Positions 11,728 through 21,152 of a DNA stretch of 64,000 nucleotides are shown here, piece after piece; the first letter of the stretch is position 1; each line of letters begins with the position of its first letter. Origin of the DNA: Candidatus Nomurabacteria bacterium (GTDB lineage: Bacteria > Patescibacteriota > Minisyncoccia > Phycocordibacterales > UBA2100). The DNA lies in assembly GCA_943356775.1 (NCBI GenBank), contig CALRFU010000001.1, forward strand, positions 7,203 through 71,202, given 5' to 3'. A program made the translations under genes and the position numbers. The notes beneath the pieces are model-generated. The model did not search any database, was not told the DNA's origin, and saw only the letters and a program-made list of their open reading frames with translations.

Positions 11728-12918
11728 ATGTCAGCGATGCATAAAGTAGAGGCAACTGCTTTGATTGTGAGCGTTCTACTCGCGCCATTCGTGCTTTCGG
11801 CTGCACAAGCCATTGATGCCGGATGCCGGGCGGCTACTCCGTCTGACCAGGCCCAACGCGCTGCCCGAGGAATACCGGAGACGTTTCAAGTCTGCCCAGG
11901 CGATGTACAAGCGCTCGGTATTGGGCAAAATTTCGAGCAGTGGTACGACCGGCTCAAGACCCAATCGCCTTGTAACAGAAATACGTGCACTCTGTCGTGT
12001 CGGACTCGCAATACAGGAGCACAAGTGTGTGGTCCGACGGCGACACGATGGAATTCGATCGGGTGTCATCCCAACAATAGAACCGCGATCTTCCCGACCG
12101 TTTCTCATGGATTCGCTGCGCACATTGAGCTGCTTCGCCGCTACTGCGGTGAGCGTGGACGCTGTACTATTGGAAGTGTTGTCCAACAGTGGACCGCAAC
12201 GGTTGGTGACCGACCGGCCTATGCTAACTTCGTTTCCAGAAACGCTGGCATTCCGGCGAATCAGGTGTATGACCCAAACGATATTGATCTGGTCGGAAGA
12301 CTTGCTCTCGCGATGTCGTGTTTCGAGGCAGGTTCCATGCCGTACAGCGCCGCCGAACTCAAGCAAGGCCTCGCTATGGCTGCGGGCGGAGCCAGAGTAC
12401 CCGTTCCTGCCAACGTCGGACAGTTGCTGGAAGAAAGTCTACAGGGAGGCTACGCCTCCAATCCGGGCTATTCGCCGAACTCTAGTCCGGGGAGCTGGGC
12501 GTATCCTCCCTCTAGTGCCAGTCAGAGCAATTACAGACCTCCACCTCCGCCGCCGATGCAACCGCTGATTCAATCACCATCTCGGCCGGAGCCCAAACCA
12601 GACCTGCCACTGACGCTTCCGCCGACTAATAATCTAGGCGCATCAGGAACGAACGTCCCATCTGCGTTACTCATCATCGCCCAGTCTCCACGGATTTCTC
12701 GTGGCGGCACAGCCCTTATCTCGTGGGTCTCGGTGGGGATGAAGCCCGATTCGTGTTCCGTCACACAAAACGGCTCCTTATTTGCGCGGGGGAATCAGGG
12801 CAGCAAAATATTTTCTTCGGCACTTACGGGTAGCCCAGGGTCAGCACGTGTCGTTCTGAGTTGCGTTTCGATCTCGGGTTCCACTCTTGAAAGAGACATC
12901 ACGATAACAGTTTTATGA
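11728..12918 (+). CDS. Secreted Cys-rich protein: phage virion/lysozyme-like domain, Pro/Ser linker, C-terminal Ig-like domain
   Basis: Signal peptide; FPTVSHGFAAHIELLRRY..TIGSVVQQW..YANFVSRNAG..MSCFEAG; paralog of 13244-15058. Confidence 0.65.
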   Translation: MSAMHKVEATALIVSVLLAPFVLSAAQAIDAGCRAATPSDQAQRAARGIPETFQVCPGDVQALGIGQNFEQWYDRLKTQSPCNRNTCTLSCRTRNTGAQVCGPTATRWNSIGCHPNNRTAIFPTVSHGFAAHIELLRRYCGERGRCTIGSVVQQWTATVGDRPAYANFVSRNAGIPANQVYDPNDIDLVGRLALAMSCFEAGSMPYSAAELKQGLAMAAGGARVPVPANVGQLLEESLQGGYASNPGYSPNSSPGSWAYPPSSASQSNYRPPPPPPMQPLIQSPSRPEPKPDLPLTLPPTNNLGASGTNVPSALLIIAQSPRISRGGTALISWVSVGMKPDSCSVTQNGSLFARGNQGSKIFSSALTGSPGSARVVLSCVSISGSTLERDITITVL

Positions 12919-13039
12919 GCGTTATTCGACATACTGCGCGTACGCGAGGGTCTACTGATACTGATAGGGGTTGCCCTTATTTTTCCTGCAGTTGCGCTGG
13001 GTGCAATGCAGAAAGTGGTGTGCAATCCGGGGACAACTC

Positions 13040-13186
13040 ACGATTCTCCCGCATCACGAACCCATCGTCACGACCCTGAAGCCGGGGACAATCACGGTGC
13101 GCCAGGCAGAAGCTGAACCGACCGAGTTTAAAATAGAAAATGGCGTGCTTGAGTGTTCGGGCAGCCGTGTCGTTGTGTTGCTCTAG
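13040..13186 (+). pseudogene. Duplicated 3' part of atpC (divergent allele)
   Basis: TILPHHEPIVTTLKPGTITVR..GVLECSGSRVVVLL* near-identical to 11506-11670 but lacking the atpC 5' end. Confidence 0.9.
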
Positions 13187-13243
13187 ACATTGTTTTCAAC
13201 AGCAAGGGAAAAGTACGAGCTCAAGAAGGGTACAATGAACGCA

Positions 13244-15058
13244 ATGCGATTGGCGGCTCTATTTTTTGTTGCGCTCCTTTGTATCCTGCCCGCGGCACTA
13301 TTTGCAGCGGAGAAATTTGATCCGAAGGCGTATAACGGAAGTGACGACCAATGTCTGGATGAGAAGATTGTTATCACTAACGGGAAGGTGGGCACTCAAA
13401 AAGGTCGCACAGACACCGAACGATACAAAACCTGCAAAAATATCTCTGGTGGCTGTTCGCTCGCAAAGGAGAAGCTACAACCACCGGAATGCATTTGTGG
13501 AAAATTATACTACCCTCGCGAGGGAAAGAGTCCCGTCCCACTCGATAAATGCGATCCAGACATAAAAAAGAAGCTAGCGAAAGCGATGGCGGGAGGTATC
13601 GAGGGCATGGCCGCTTTTGCGACGCAGGAAAGGATAGCGGAGCGAATCGGGGAAATAGATGCATCGACGGCGGACGGCAGAGGTAAGCTCTCCCAGATAC
13701 TTCAGAGCTATGGAGTGACTAAAGCCGAGGCTGACGCGAAAGTGAACGACACAGATAAGGCCGCCGACGTACAGGCCCAGCTGCAAAAATTCGTCGGCAC
13801 ATCCGATACTGCTGAGGCAAAAAAAGTCGCGGACGACCTTGGACTCAAACTCAACGAAAACCTTACAGACGCGGTGCGCCTCGATCCAAAAAAGTACGAA
13901 GCAATTTTTTCCAAAGAAGAACTCGAGCGTGAGCAAATCGTCGTGCCGACGACCTTCCAAGAAGTCGTGCGGGGAGTAGTTGCTGGTACCCTCGCTCCTC
14001 TCTGCGGCAACTTGGGGGGATGTAGCGATGTTGCCTGTCAGAGCAATCCCGGCTCACTCACGTGTCGCACCAACAATCCCGGCGCCCTCACGTGGGCACC
14101 GTGGGAAGCAAAGTATGGCGGGCAGCCGTGTGGTGAGCGGAACAACACGGCTTGTTTTCCTAGTCTTGAGCATGGCCTTGCCGCAAAGATTGACCTCATT
14201 ACCGGCTCCAAATATCTCGGCGGTAGCAACAATACGATTCTCTCAATGCTGTGTAATGGATATGCTCCGAATTCGGACGGCAACAATTGCGGTTCTTATG
14301 CCACGTTCGTCCAGAATCAAACAGGCATCCCTATGAACCAAACCATCGACCCAAAGAATCCGGAACAAATAGGGAAGATAGCGATGGCGATGGCGCGTAT
14401 GGAAAACGGAAAATTCGTGCCGTTTACTCCCCAGCAGCTCGAAAATGCGATGGCCATGGTCTATGGCGGGACATTGCCCAATGGCACCCCGGGGTTCATA
14501 CCGCAAACAGCTTACGGCACGAATAATGGCAACGGATTCAACTCACCATTCAATTTTAGTTCTCCACCTTCGCCCACCAATGTAGGCTACGGCAGCCCGT
14601 TTGCAGGCACTTCTCAGGCTCCTGTCGCTCAAGCTTCGTACTCACAGCCACAGCCAACGCAGGCGGCGACACCTGTCTCGCAAACTATCGCGCAGCCAAC
14701 GTCTATTACTCAAACGCAAACGACCACCTCCGGCACGTCGAGCGTCGCCCAAAAGCTTCAACTAGCGCTCCAAGACGGGACGGGAACCACTGGTCAATCT
14801 CCGGCGACCGTCATCGCAGAGCCCAAAGATGTGACGAGAGGCAATCCGATTACTGTTGCTTGGACCAGCGTCGGCATGAGTGCAGACACTCCTTGTACGC
14901 TCCGAGCCAACTCGACCTTTATCGCCGAGGGTAATCAGGGCTCCAGGGTGGTGCCAACTACTGCGGCAACGCGAGTCGGCTCGCTCATCTTTACGCTCTC
15001 GTGCACCACCGCCTCAGGTACGAAATACCAAAGAACGGCGGCTGTTATGGTACGCTAG
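13244..15058 (+). CDS. Secreted Cys-rich protein: phage virion/lysozyme-like (NNPG) domain, S/T/Q/P linker, C-terminal Ig-like domain
   Basis: Signal peptide MRLAALFFVALLCILPAALFA; RTNNPGAL..FPSLEHGLAA..YAPNSDGNN..YATFV..MARMENG. Confidence 0.7.
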   Translation: MRLAALFFVALLCILPAALFAAEKFDPKAYNGSDDQCLDEKIVITNGKVGTQKGRTDTERYKTCKNISGGCSLAKEKLQPPECICGKLYYPREGKSPVPLDKCDPDIKKKLAKAMAGGIEGMAAFATQERIAERIGEIDASTADGRGKLSQILQSYGVTKAEADAKVNDTDKAADVQAQLQKFVGTSDTAEAKKVADDLGLKLNENLTDAVRLDPKKYEAIFSKEELEREQIVVPTTFQEVVRGVVAGTLAPLCGNLGGCSDVACQSNPGSLTCRTNNPGALTWAPWEAKYGGQPCGERNNTACFPSLEHGLAAKIDLITGSKYLGGSNNTILSMLCNGYAPNSDGNNCGSYATFVQNQTGIPMNQTIDPKNPEQIGKIAMAMARMENGKFVPFTPQQLENAMAMVYGGTLPNGTPGFIPQTAYGTNNGNGFNSPFNFSSPPSPTNVGYGSPFAGTSQAPVAQASYSQPQPTQAATPVSQTIAQPTSITQTQTTTSGTSSVAQKLQLALQDGTGTTGQSPATVIAEPKDVTRGNPITVAWTSVGMSADTPCTLRANSTFIAEGNQGSRVVPTTAATRVGSLIFTLSCTTASGTKYQRTAAVMVR

Positions 15059-15073
15059 CGCGGCAGGACGAAC

Positions 15074-15364
15074 ATGGCCTTCAAGAGAACAATAGAGGAT
15101 TTTGTTTGTGAGCATTGCGGCACTTCCGTGAAAGGCGATGGGTACACCAATCATTGCCCGCAATGCCTGTGGAGCAAGCATGTGGATGTAGAGCCAGGAG
15201 ATAGGGCGGCTACGTGCGGGGGGATGATGGAACCAATCGCGCTCGAAGGCGGGACCGGCAAGTATCGCATCATCCAAAGGTGTGAACGGTGCGAAATCTC
15301 GCGCCCCATAGCGGTAGGGAAGAACGATGATATGAAGGCAGTATTGGCTCTTGCGGGAAATTGA
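15074..15364 (+). CDS. RNHCP domain zinc-binding protein
   Basis: CEHCG, NHCPQCLWSKHVD..PGDRA..CGGMM. Confidence 0.85.
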   Translation: MAFKRTIEDFVCEHCGTSVKGDGYTNHCPQCLWSKHVDVEPGDRAATCGGMMEPIALEGGTGKYRIIQRCERCEISRPIAVGKNDDMKAVLALAGN

Positions 15365-15384
15365 TAGCGTGTCATCATACTGAT

Positions 15385-15963
15385 ATGTCAGACGGCGGAG
15401 ATGGAGACGGCGGAAGCGGTGGTGGAGACGGCGGATTAGTCGACTTTTTTTGGGGTCCACTAAGCGGAGGTCCTCGCTCCATCCCTCATTACTACGGAGA
15501 TTACGTGCGCCAGCTCTTGTTGGGGGCTGCGGCACTCATGATGATATTTTCACCGCTGTACAGTGATGTGTTGCGCCAACAATTTCCTTTCATTATCATA
15601 GGTGCGGTTTTAGCCGTGTCGTTTGCCGCTTTGATGAACCCTCGTGATAAGTGGGTCGTCATCGGCAGTGCCGTCGTATCAGGAGGAGGTCTCGTTATCT
15701 ATGCGATGTGGGGTATGTTCGGATACGAAAACATAAGCCCTGTGGCGTTTATGCTGCGACTTGCCGTCGCGGTGATATTTCTCTTCGCATTCTATTTCAG
15801 CATGAAGACTCTTCGCGCATTTATGATGCGCCAGATAGGAAAGCGGGAGACGATTGATGAGTTTGAAGAGCCGGACGTAAAAATAGAGCAGGAAATGATT
15901 GAGCGTGAGGAAGTGCTCCGGGCGAAGGACGGTTCAGACGGATCACGTGGGCACAAGAAGTAA
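15385..15963 (+). CDS. Hypothetical 4-TM membrane protein
   Basis: Four hydrophobic segments after HYYGDYVRQL. Confidence 0.7.
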   Translation: MSDGGDGDGGSGGGDGGLVDFFWGPLSGGPRSIPHYYGDYVRQLLLGAAALMMIFSPLYSDVLRQQFPFIIIGAVLAVSFAALMNPRDKWVVIGSAVVSGGGLVIYAMWGMFGYENISPVAFMLRLAVAVIFLFAFYFSMKTLRAFMMRQIGKRETIDEFEEPDVKIEQEMIEREEVLRAKDGSDGSRGHKK

Positions 15964-16057
15964 GAAGATATCCGTGCTTCTCGGGCACCCGGATAAGAAT
16001 GTTTTTTGCGGGGAGATGGCCAATGCCTACCGCGCGAGCGCAGTTGCTGCGGGGCAC
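15959..16057 (+). pseudogene. N-terminal remnant of a flavodoxin-fold NAD(P)H-dependent oxidoreductase
   Basis: KKISVLLGHPDKNVFCGEMANAYRASAVAAGH, after which similarity stops. Confidence 0.6.
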
Positions 16058-16167
16058 ACCCACTCCTCGTCCGCCTCTTGCCGGGCAACGTCAATGCGCA
16101 GCTCAAGTGGGGAATACTGTGATTTGCGGATTTCCGACGCTGTTCGGGCGTATGGTACCATCGTACG

Positions 16168-18843
16168 GTGACCAAATCTTGGTACAAAGAAGAGTTGCCC
16201 GCGGTCTTTGAAGCGCTTCATTCGAATGAAGACGGACTCACGGTCGCGGACGCCGCACGGCGGTTGAAAGAAGATGGTCCCAATGCATTGCCGGAGGCAA
16301 AAGCTCCGGGTCTCGTCGTTACGTTCTTCCGGCAATTCCAGAGTCCGCTCATCTACATTCTGCTCGCCGCAAGCGGAATTGTATTTCTCTTGGGTGAAGT
16401 TGTGGATGCCGCCATCATTCTCTCGGTACTTCTCTTTAATGCGATTGTGGGCACTGTTCAGGAGGGAAGAGCGCAGAACACCCTCCTTGCGCTCAAGAAA
16501 TTTGTGGAGACTACCGCCACCGTGGTGCGAGACGGGCAAGAATTTATTATTCCGGACCGTGAAGTGGTGCGGGGCGATGTACTTCTATTGCAGGAGGGCG
16601 AAAAGATACCCGCGGATGCACGCGTGACCGCTTCGAGCGGTCTGAAGGTCGACGAGGCGTCTCTTACGGGGGAGTCCGAGCCGGTGAACAAAATACCGGA
16701 AGTTATAGAGGCAGAGATGCTCTCTACCCCCGAGCAACGCAATATGGTATTCAAGGGCTCAAACATTGTTGCCGGCAGCGGCAGAGCGGTTGTGGTGGGG
16801 ATTGGTCAGAATACGGTTATCGGCACCATCGCCACAGAAATATCCGCAATGGATTCCGAGATACCTCTGAAGGCGAGTATCCGGCATCTTTCCCGCGCCA
16901 TTATCATGGTCGTGGCGGTCATAAGCGTCATTCTTTTTATACTCGGACTTTGGAGGGGAGAGGAGATTGTCACCATCTTTACCACAGTGGTCTCTCTCGC
17001 AGTATCGGTAATCCCCGAAGGACTTCCTATCGTAATTACCCTCGTACTTGCGACAGGGGTCTGGCGCATGTCCAAGCGCAACGTTCTTGTAAAGAAGCTG
17101 CAGGCCGTCGAAGCTTTGGGGCAGGCGCGTGTCATTGCCGTCGACAAGACGGGTACGATTACTAAAAACGAACTCGTTATCCGCGAAGTGTGGACCGAGG
17201 GGAAGTCATTCAAAATCGGAGGCATCGGGTACGAACCGAAAGGAAGCATAGAATTTGGTGGTTCAGTAGTGGATGCCGCCAATCACCCGGAGTTACTCTA
17301 CGCCGGTAAAATGGGCGTTTTCTCCGCCAATGCGCGCGTGTCATTCTCAGAGGCGGAAGAACGGTGGCGTGTTGCGGGCGACCCGACTGAGGCGGCGATG
17401 CGCGTCTTTGGGGAGAAGGTTGGATTTTTTAAAGATGATTTAGTGCGTGAATGTCCGCTGGTATCCGAAATTCCTTTCGACTACCGTCTTAAATATCACG
17501 CTACCACGCACAACATTGAGGGAAAGAATTTCCTTACTGTGGAGGGCGCGCCCGAGGCGGTTCTTGCTCTGTGTACGCACATCCGCCGCGACGGAGGAAG
17601 ACATCCGTTGACCAAGAAAGACCGCGAAGAGCTTGAGGAGGTTCTCGTGCAGATGTCTGAGCGGGGTCTGCGCGTCGTAGCGGGAGCAATGCACGAGCAT
17701 ATCCCGGCATCTCTTACTCCGGAATCTCTGCGAGACCTCACCTTCGTAAGTCTTTTTGCTATGCAGGATGTACTGCGGCCTGAGGTGGCTGAGGCCATGA
17801 AGCGTGCGGCTTCTGCAGGCATCAAAGTGGTCATGATTACCGGCGACCACCGAATTACCGCGCGTGCTATCGCACAAGAGGCAGGCATCTGGAAGGAAGG
17901 AGATGAGGTACTCACCGCGACGGAAATAGACGCCATGTCCGATCTGCAGCTTGCGGAAAAGTTGACGACCGTCTCCGTCTTCGCGCGAGTGACGCCCGAA
18001 CACAAAATGCGCATTATTAATGCGTATAAGAAACGCGGAGAAATCGTCGCCATGACGGGCGATGGCGTAAACGATGCACCGCCCCTGGTCGCTGCCGACC
18101 TTGGTGTCGCCATGGGTAAAATCGGCACGGAGGTCGCCAAAGAGGCCGCGGACATTGTGCTTCTGGATGATAATTTCGGCAGTATTATTTCGGCCGTTGA
18201 GGAGGGGAGAAGTATCTACAAGACCATAAAGAAGGTGATTCTGTACCTATTTTCGACCAGTCTCGGGGAAGTGCTGGTAATTACGGGAGCGCTTGTGCTC
18301 GGGTATCCGCTGCCGGTCCTCGCGGCACAAATTATCTGGCTGAATTTCGTTACCGACGGATTTCTCGATGTATCGCTCGCGATGGAGCCCAGGGAGGAGG
18401 GTTTGCTTTCGGGCACGTTCAAGCATCCGAACAAATACATCGTGGACAAACTTATGGTGCAGCGCATGATTGTGATGGCGCTTCCGATGATGGTGGGAAC
18501 ACTCTTCATGTTCCAGGCATACTATGAGACCGACCTTACAAAAGCGTGGACGATATCCCTTACGACACTCGCAATCTTCCAGTGGTTTAACGCATGGAAT
18601 TGTCGCTCCGAGAGTAAGTCTATATTTCAGATGAATTTCTTCTCCAATATGTACCTCATCGGGGCAACGGCGCTCGTCATCTTCTTTCAAATACTCGCGG
18701 TGTACAACCCTTTCCTGCAGAGTATTCTCCGCACCGTTCCGCTCGAACTTTCAGAGTGGCTTATAATCGCGCTCATCGCCACCTCTATTATTGCGGCGGA
18801 AGAGACCCGCAAATATTTCTACCGTAAAACCCTGAACACTTGA
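16168..18843 (+). CDS. P-type cation-transporting ATPase (type IIA, Ca2+-like)
   Basis: TGES, PEGL, DKTGT, GDGVND. Confidence 0.95.
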   Translation: MTKSWYKEELPAVFEALHSNEDGLTVADAARRLKEDGPNALPEAKAPGLVVTFFRQFQSPLIYILLAASGIVFLLGEVVDAAIILSVLLFNAIVGTVQEGRAQNTLLALKKFVETTATVVRDGQEFIIPDREVVRGDVLLLQEGEKIPADARVTASSGLKVDEASLTGESEPVNKIPEVIEAEMLSTPEQRNMVFKGSNIVAGSGRAVVVGIGQNTVIGTIATEISAMDSEIPLKASIRHLSRAIIMVVAVISVILFILGLWRGEEIVTIFTTVVSLAVSVIPEGLPIVITLVLATGVWRMSKRNVLVKKLQAVEALGQARVIAVDKTGTITKNELVIREVWTEGKSFKIGGIGYEPKGSIEFGGSVVDAANHPELLYAGKMGVFSANARVSFSEAEERWRVAGDPTEAAMRVFGEKVGFFKDDLVRECPLVSEIPFDYRLKYHATTHNIEGKNFLTVEGAPEAVLALCTHIRRDGGRHPLTKKDREELEEVLVQMSERGLRVVAGAMHEHIPASLTPESLRDLTFVSLFAMQDVLRPEVAEAMKRAASAGIKVVMITGDHRITARAIAQEAGIWKEGDEVLTATEIDAMSDLQLAEKLTTVSVFARVTPEHKMRIINAYKKRGEIVAMTGDGVNDAPPLVAADLGVAMGKIGTEVAKEAADIVLLDDNFGSIISAVEEGRSIYKTIKKVILYLFSTSLGEVLVITGALVLGYPLPVLAAQIIWLNFVTDGFLDVSLAMEPREEGLLSGTFKHPNKYIVDKLMVQRMIVMALPMMVGTLFMFQAYYETDLTKAWTISLTTLAIFQWFNAWNCRSESKSIFQMNFFSNMYLIGATALVIFFQILAVYNPFLQSILRTVPLELSEWLIIALIATSIIAAEETRKYFYRKTLNT

Positions 18844-18876
18844 ATTTTGGAGCAAAACAAGCGATAGTCAGGCATC

Positions 18877-19977
18877 ATGGGACTTTCAATAGGCATCGTC
18901 GGTCTTCCCAACGTCGGTAAATCGACGCTTTTTAATGCATTGACCAAGAAGGGCGTACCCGCCGAGAATTATCCTTTTTGTACGATTGACCCGTCCGTAG
19001 GCGTCGTGGCGGTTCCGGATTTCCGGCTCGATAAATTGGCCGTTATGTCCAACACGCAAAAAGTCGTATCCGCGATTGTTGAATTCGTGGATATTGCGGG
19101 TTTGGTGAAAGGAGCGTCGCAGGGTGAGGGATTGGGTAATCAATTTCTCACGCATATTCGCGAGGTGGATGCGATAGCGGAAGTAGTACGCATGTTTGAT
19201 GACGACGACGTCCATCACGTACAGGGTGAGACCGACCCGCTGCGCGACATTGAAACGATTGATTTGGAGCTTGTGCTTGCGGACATGCAGAGTGTCGAGA
19301 AGCGTCTTGAGCGTGCCGAGCGCGACTCAAAGGGTGGAGACAAGGAAATTATTGCCGAGCGTGACGTCCTGCAAAAAATACTTCCCGTGTTGAAGGTGGG
19401 GAAGGCGGCTCGCACGGTCGAGTTTACTGAAAAGGAAAAGCCGGTGGCAAAAGGCCTGCAGCTCCTTACCATGAAGCCGATTTTGTATGTGCTCAACAGA
19501 AAGAGCGGGACCGTGAATGTCGATGCGGAAAACGGAGAACGCTGGAGAGTTTTGCGGGAATTTCTCGAACGCGAGAAGGCACAGTATGTAGTGGTAGACG
19601 CCGGGGTCGAGAACGACCTCTCGGACGTGCATGACGACGAGCGCGCGGATTTCCGTCGTGAACTCGGCGTCGCCAATGACGGCCTCGATGATCTCATCAA
19701 GGGCGGATACAGCCTCCTCGACCTCATCTCATTCTTTACGACAGGAGAAAAGGAAACCCGTGCCTGGACGATAAAAAGAGGTTCGACTGCCCCCGAAGCA
19801 GGCGCCGCCATCCACACAGATTTCTTGAATAAGTTCATACGCGCGGAAGTCGTTCGCTGGGACGTGTTGCTTGAGGCTACCTCGTGGTCAAAAGCGCGTG
19901 AAAAGGGCACGCTTCGCACAGAAGGGAAAGAATATATCGTGCAAGATGGCGACGTAATGGAGTTTTTGCATAGCTAA
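18877..19977 (+). CDS. ychF: Redox-regulated ATPase YchF
   Basis: GLPNVGKST, NYPFCTIDP, DIAGLVKGAS, GKEYIVQDGD. Confidence 0.97.
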   Translation: MGLSIGIVGLPNVGKSTLFNALTKKGVPAENYPFCTIDPSVGVVAVPDFRLDKLAVMSNTQKVVSAIVEFVDIAGLVKGASQGEGLGNQFLTHIREVDAIAEVVRMFDDDDVHHVQGETDPLRDIETIDLELVLADMQSVEKRLERAERDSKGGDKEIIAERDVLQKILPVLKVGKAARTVEFTEKEKPVAKGLQLLTMKPILYVLNRKSGTVNVDAENGERWRVLREFLEREKAQYVVVDAGVENDLSDVHDDERADFRRELGVANDGLDDLIKGGYSLLDLISFFTTGEKETRAWTIKRGSTAPEAGAAIHTDFLNKFIRAEVVRWDVLLEATSWSKAREKGTLRTEGKEYIVQDGDVMEFLHS

Positions 19978-20024
19978 ACCTGTCTCGCTTGCGGTATCTA
20001 CCCCAAGTGCCATACTTTGGTCAT

Positions 20025-20990
20025 ATGGAGAAAGCAAAGGTAACGCCCAAGGACTTCGTTCTCTGGCTCGGTGCTATGGCCGCGCTGTATGCGGGAGTCG
20101 TGGCTTTTATTACGCTCGTGTTTGAGTATATTAATCACGCGTTTCCGAATCCCGTCACGAATTTGTATTATTACGATGCGTATTCAAATAGCAGCAGCAT
20201 CAGCTACGAGACAGCATCGCTCATCGTACTCACGCCCGTCTTCCTCGTCCTCATGCGATTGATACGGCGCGGTATTGCCGCTGACCCGTCACGCAATGAG
20301 ATTTGGGTTCGCCGTTGGGCGCTCTTCCTCACGCTCTTCTTGGCCGGCGCAACGATGGTCATCGATCTCATCATTCTTCTTAATACCTTTTTGCAGGGCG
20401 AGGACCTTACTACCGGATTCCTCCTCAAGGTGCTGACGGTGCTTCTCGTGATGGGGTTGGGCTTCATGCACTTCATGGCAGACCTCTGGGGATACTGGGA
20501 ACGCGAGAAAACACGTGCCCGCATGGTCAATTGGGCCGCGGGCGTACTCGTCCTCATCACGATAATCGCCGGATTCTTCATCATCGGCACTCCTCAGCAG
20601 ATGCGCGCTCAGAAACAAGACGCTATCCGCTTGCAGGATCTGCAAAACATTCAGTGGCAGATTGTGAATTATTGGCAGCAGAAAGAATCGCTTCCCGTAT
20701 CTCTCAATGATGTATTGGATCCGATTTCGGGCATCACAATCCCTGTTGACCCTGCAACGGGTGCGCCTTACGCGTACAAGCGCAACAGCCCGCTTGATTT
20801 TGTTCTCTGTGCGACTTTCGCGACCGAGGGGGGTACGAATGCGGGATACAACCTCCCTATGCCGGGGAAGACAGACCCTACGATGGGAGGCGAGCCGATT
20901 GAGGACAATTGGCTGCATGGCAAAGGAGAAGTCTGTTTTGACCGCTCCATTGACCCGCAACGTTACCCACCATACAGCAAGACGCAGTAG
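20025..20990 (+). CDS. DUF5671-like membrane protein
   Basis: TPKDFVLWLG start, about 5 TM helices, then RLQDLQNIQ..DPATG..Y [11 protein letters not shown] domain. Confidence 0.65.
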   Translation: MEKAKVTPKDFVLWLGAMAALYAGVVAFITLVFEYINHAFPNPVTNLYYYDAYSNSSSISYETASLIVLTPVFLVLMRLIRRGIAADPSRNEIWVRRWALFLTLFLAGATMVIDLIILLNTFLQGEDLTTGFLLKVLTVLLVMGLGFMHFMADLWGYWEREKTRARMVNWAAGVLVLITIIAGFFIIGTPQQMRAQKQDAIRLQDLQNIQWQIVNYWQQKESLPVSLNDVLDPISGITIPVDPATGAPYAYKRNSPLDFVLCATFATEGGTNAGYNLPMPGKTDPTMGGEPIEDNWLHGKGEVCFDRSIDPQRYPPYSKTQ

Positions 20991-20999
20991 CGTCTTGCT

Positions 21000-21095
21000 C
21001 TGAGAACCCTCGGTTCTCAGCGGGTTTCACCCTGCTCTCCGACACGGGAAAACTACAGTTTTCCCGATCCCTTTCGCACGGCGCGTTCCGCGCCG
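21000..21095. repeat. Four-hairpin intergenic element (MITE/REP-like or ncRNA)
   Basis: ctgagaacc-ctc-ggttctcag; gggt-ttc-accc; cgggaaaact-ac-agttttcccg; cggcgcg-ttc-cgcgccg. Confidence 0.55.
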
Positions 21096-21152
21096 CAAAG
21101 CCATGCACTTTTGGTGACTTTCATTCAATTCGGTCTGTGTTAGTCTATTCCA

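Noticed and set aside
12971-13186. 71-aa ORF as a second functional epsilon subunit
   Set aside because: The N-terminal 23 aa are unrelated to epsilon and start at TTG; only the 3' part is homologous, so it is treated as a fragment
11728-15058. Prophage, suggested by the phage-virion-like domains
   Set aside because: The proteins have signal peptides, and there is no integrase, terminase, capsid or tail gene nearby
20995-21150. T-box riboswitch upstream of leuS
   Set aside because: No GGTGGNACCGCG T-box sequence; leuS has a -10 box directly before its ATG
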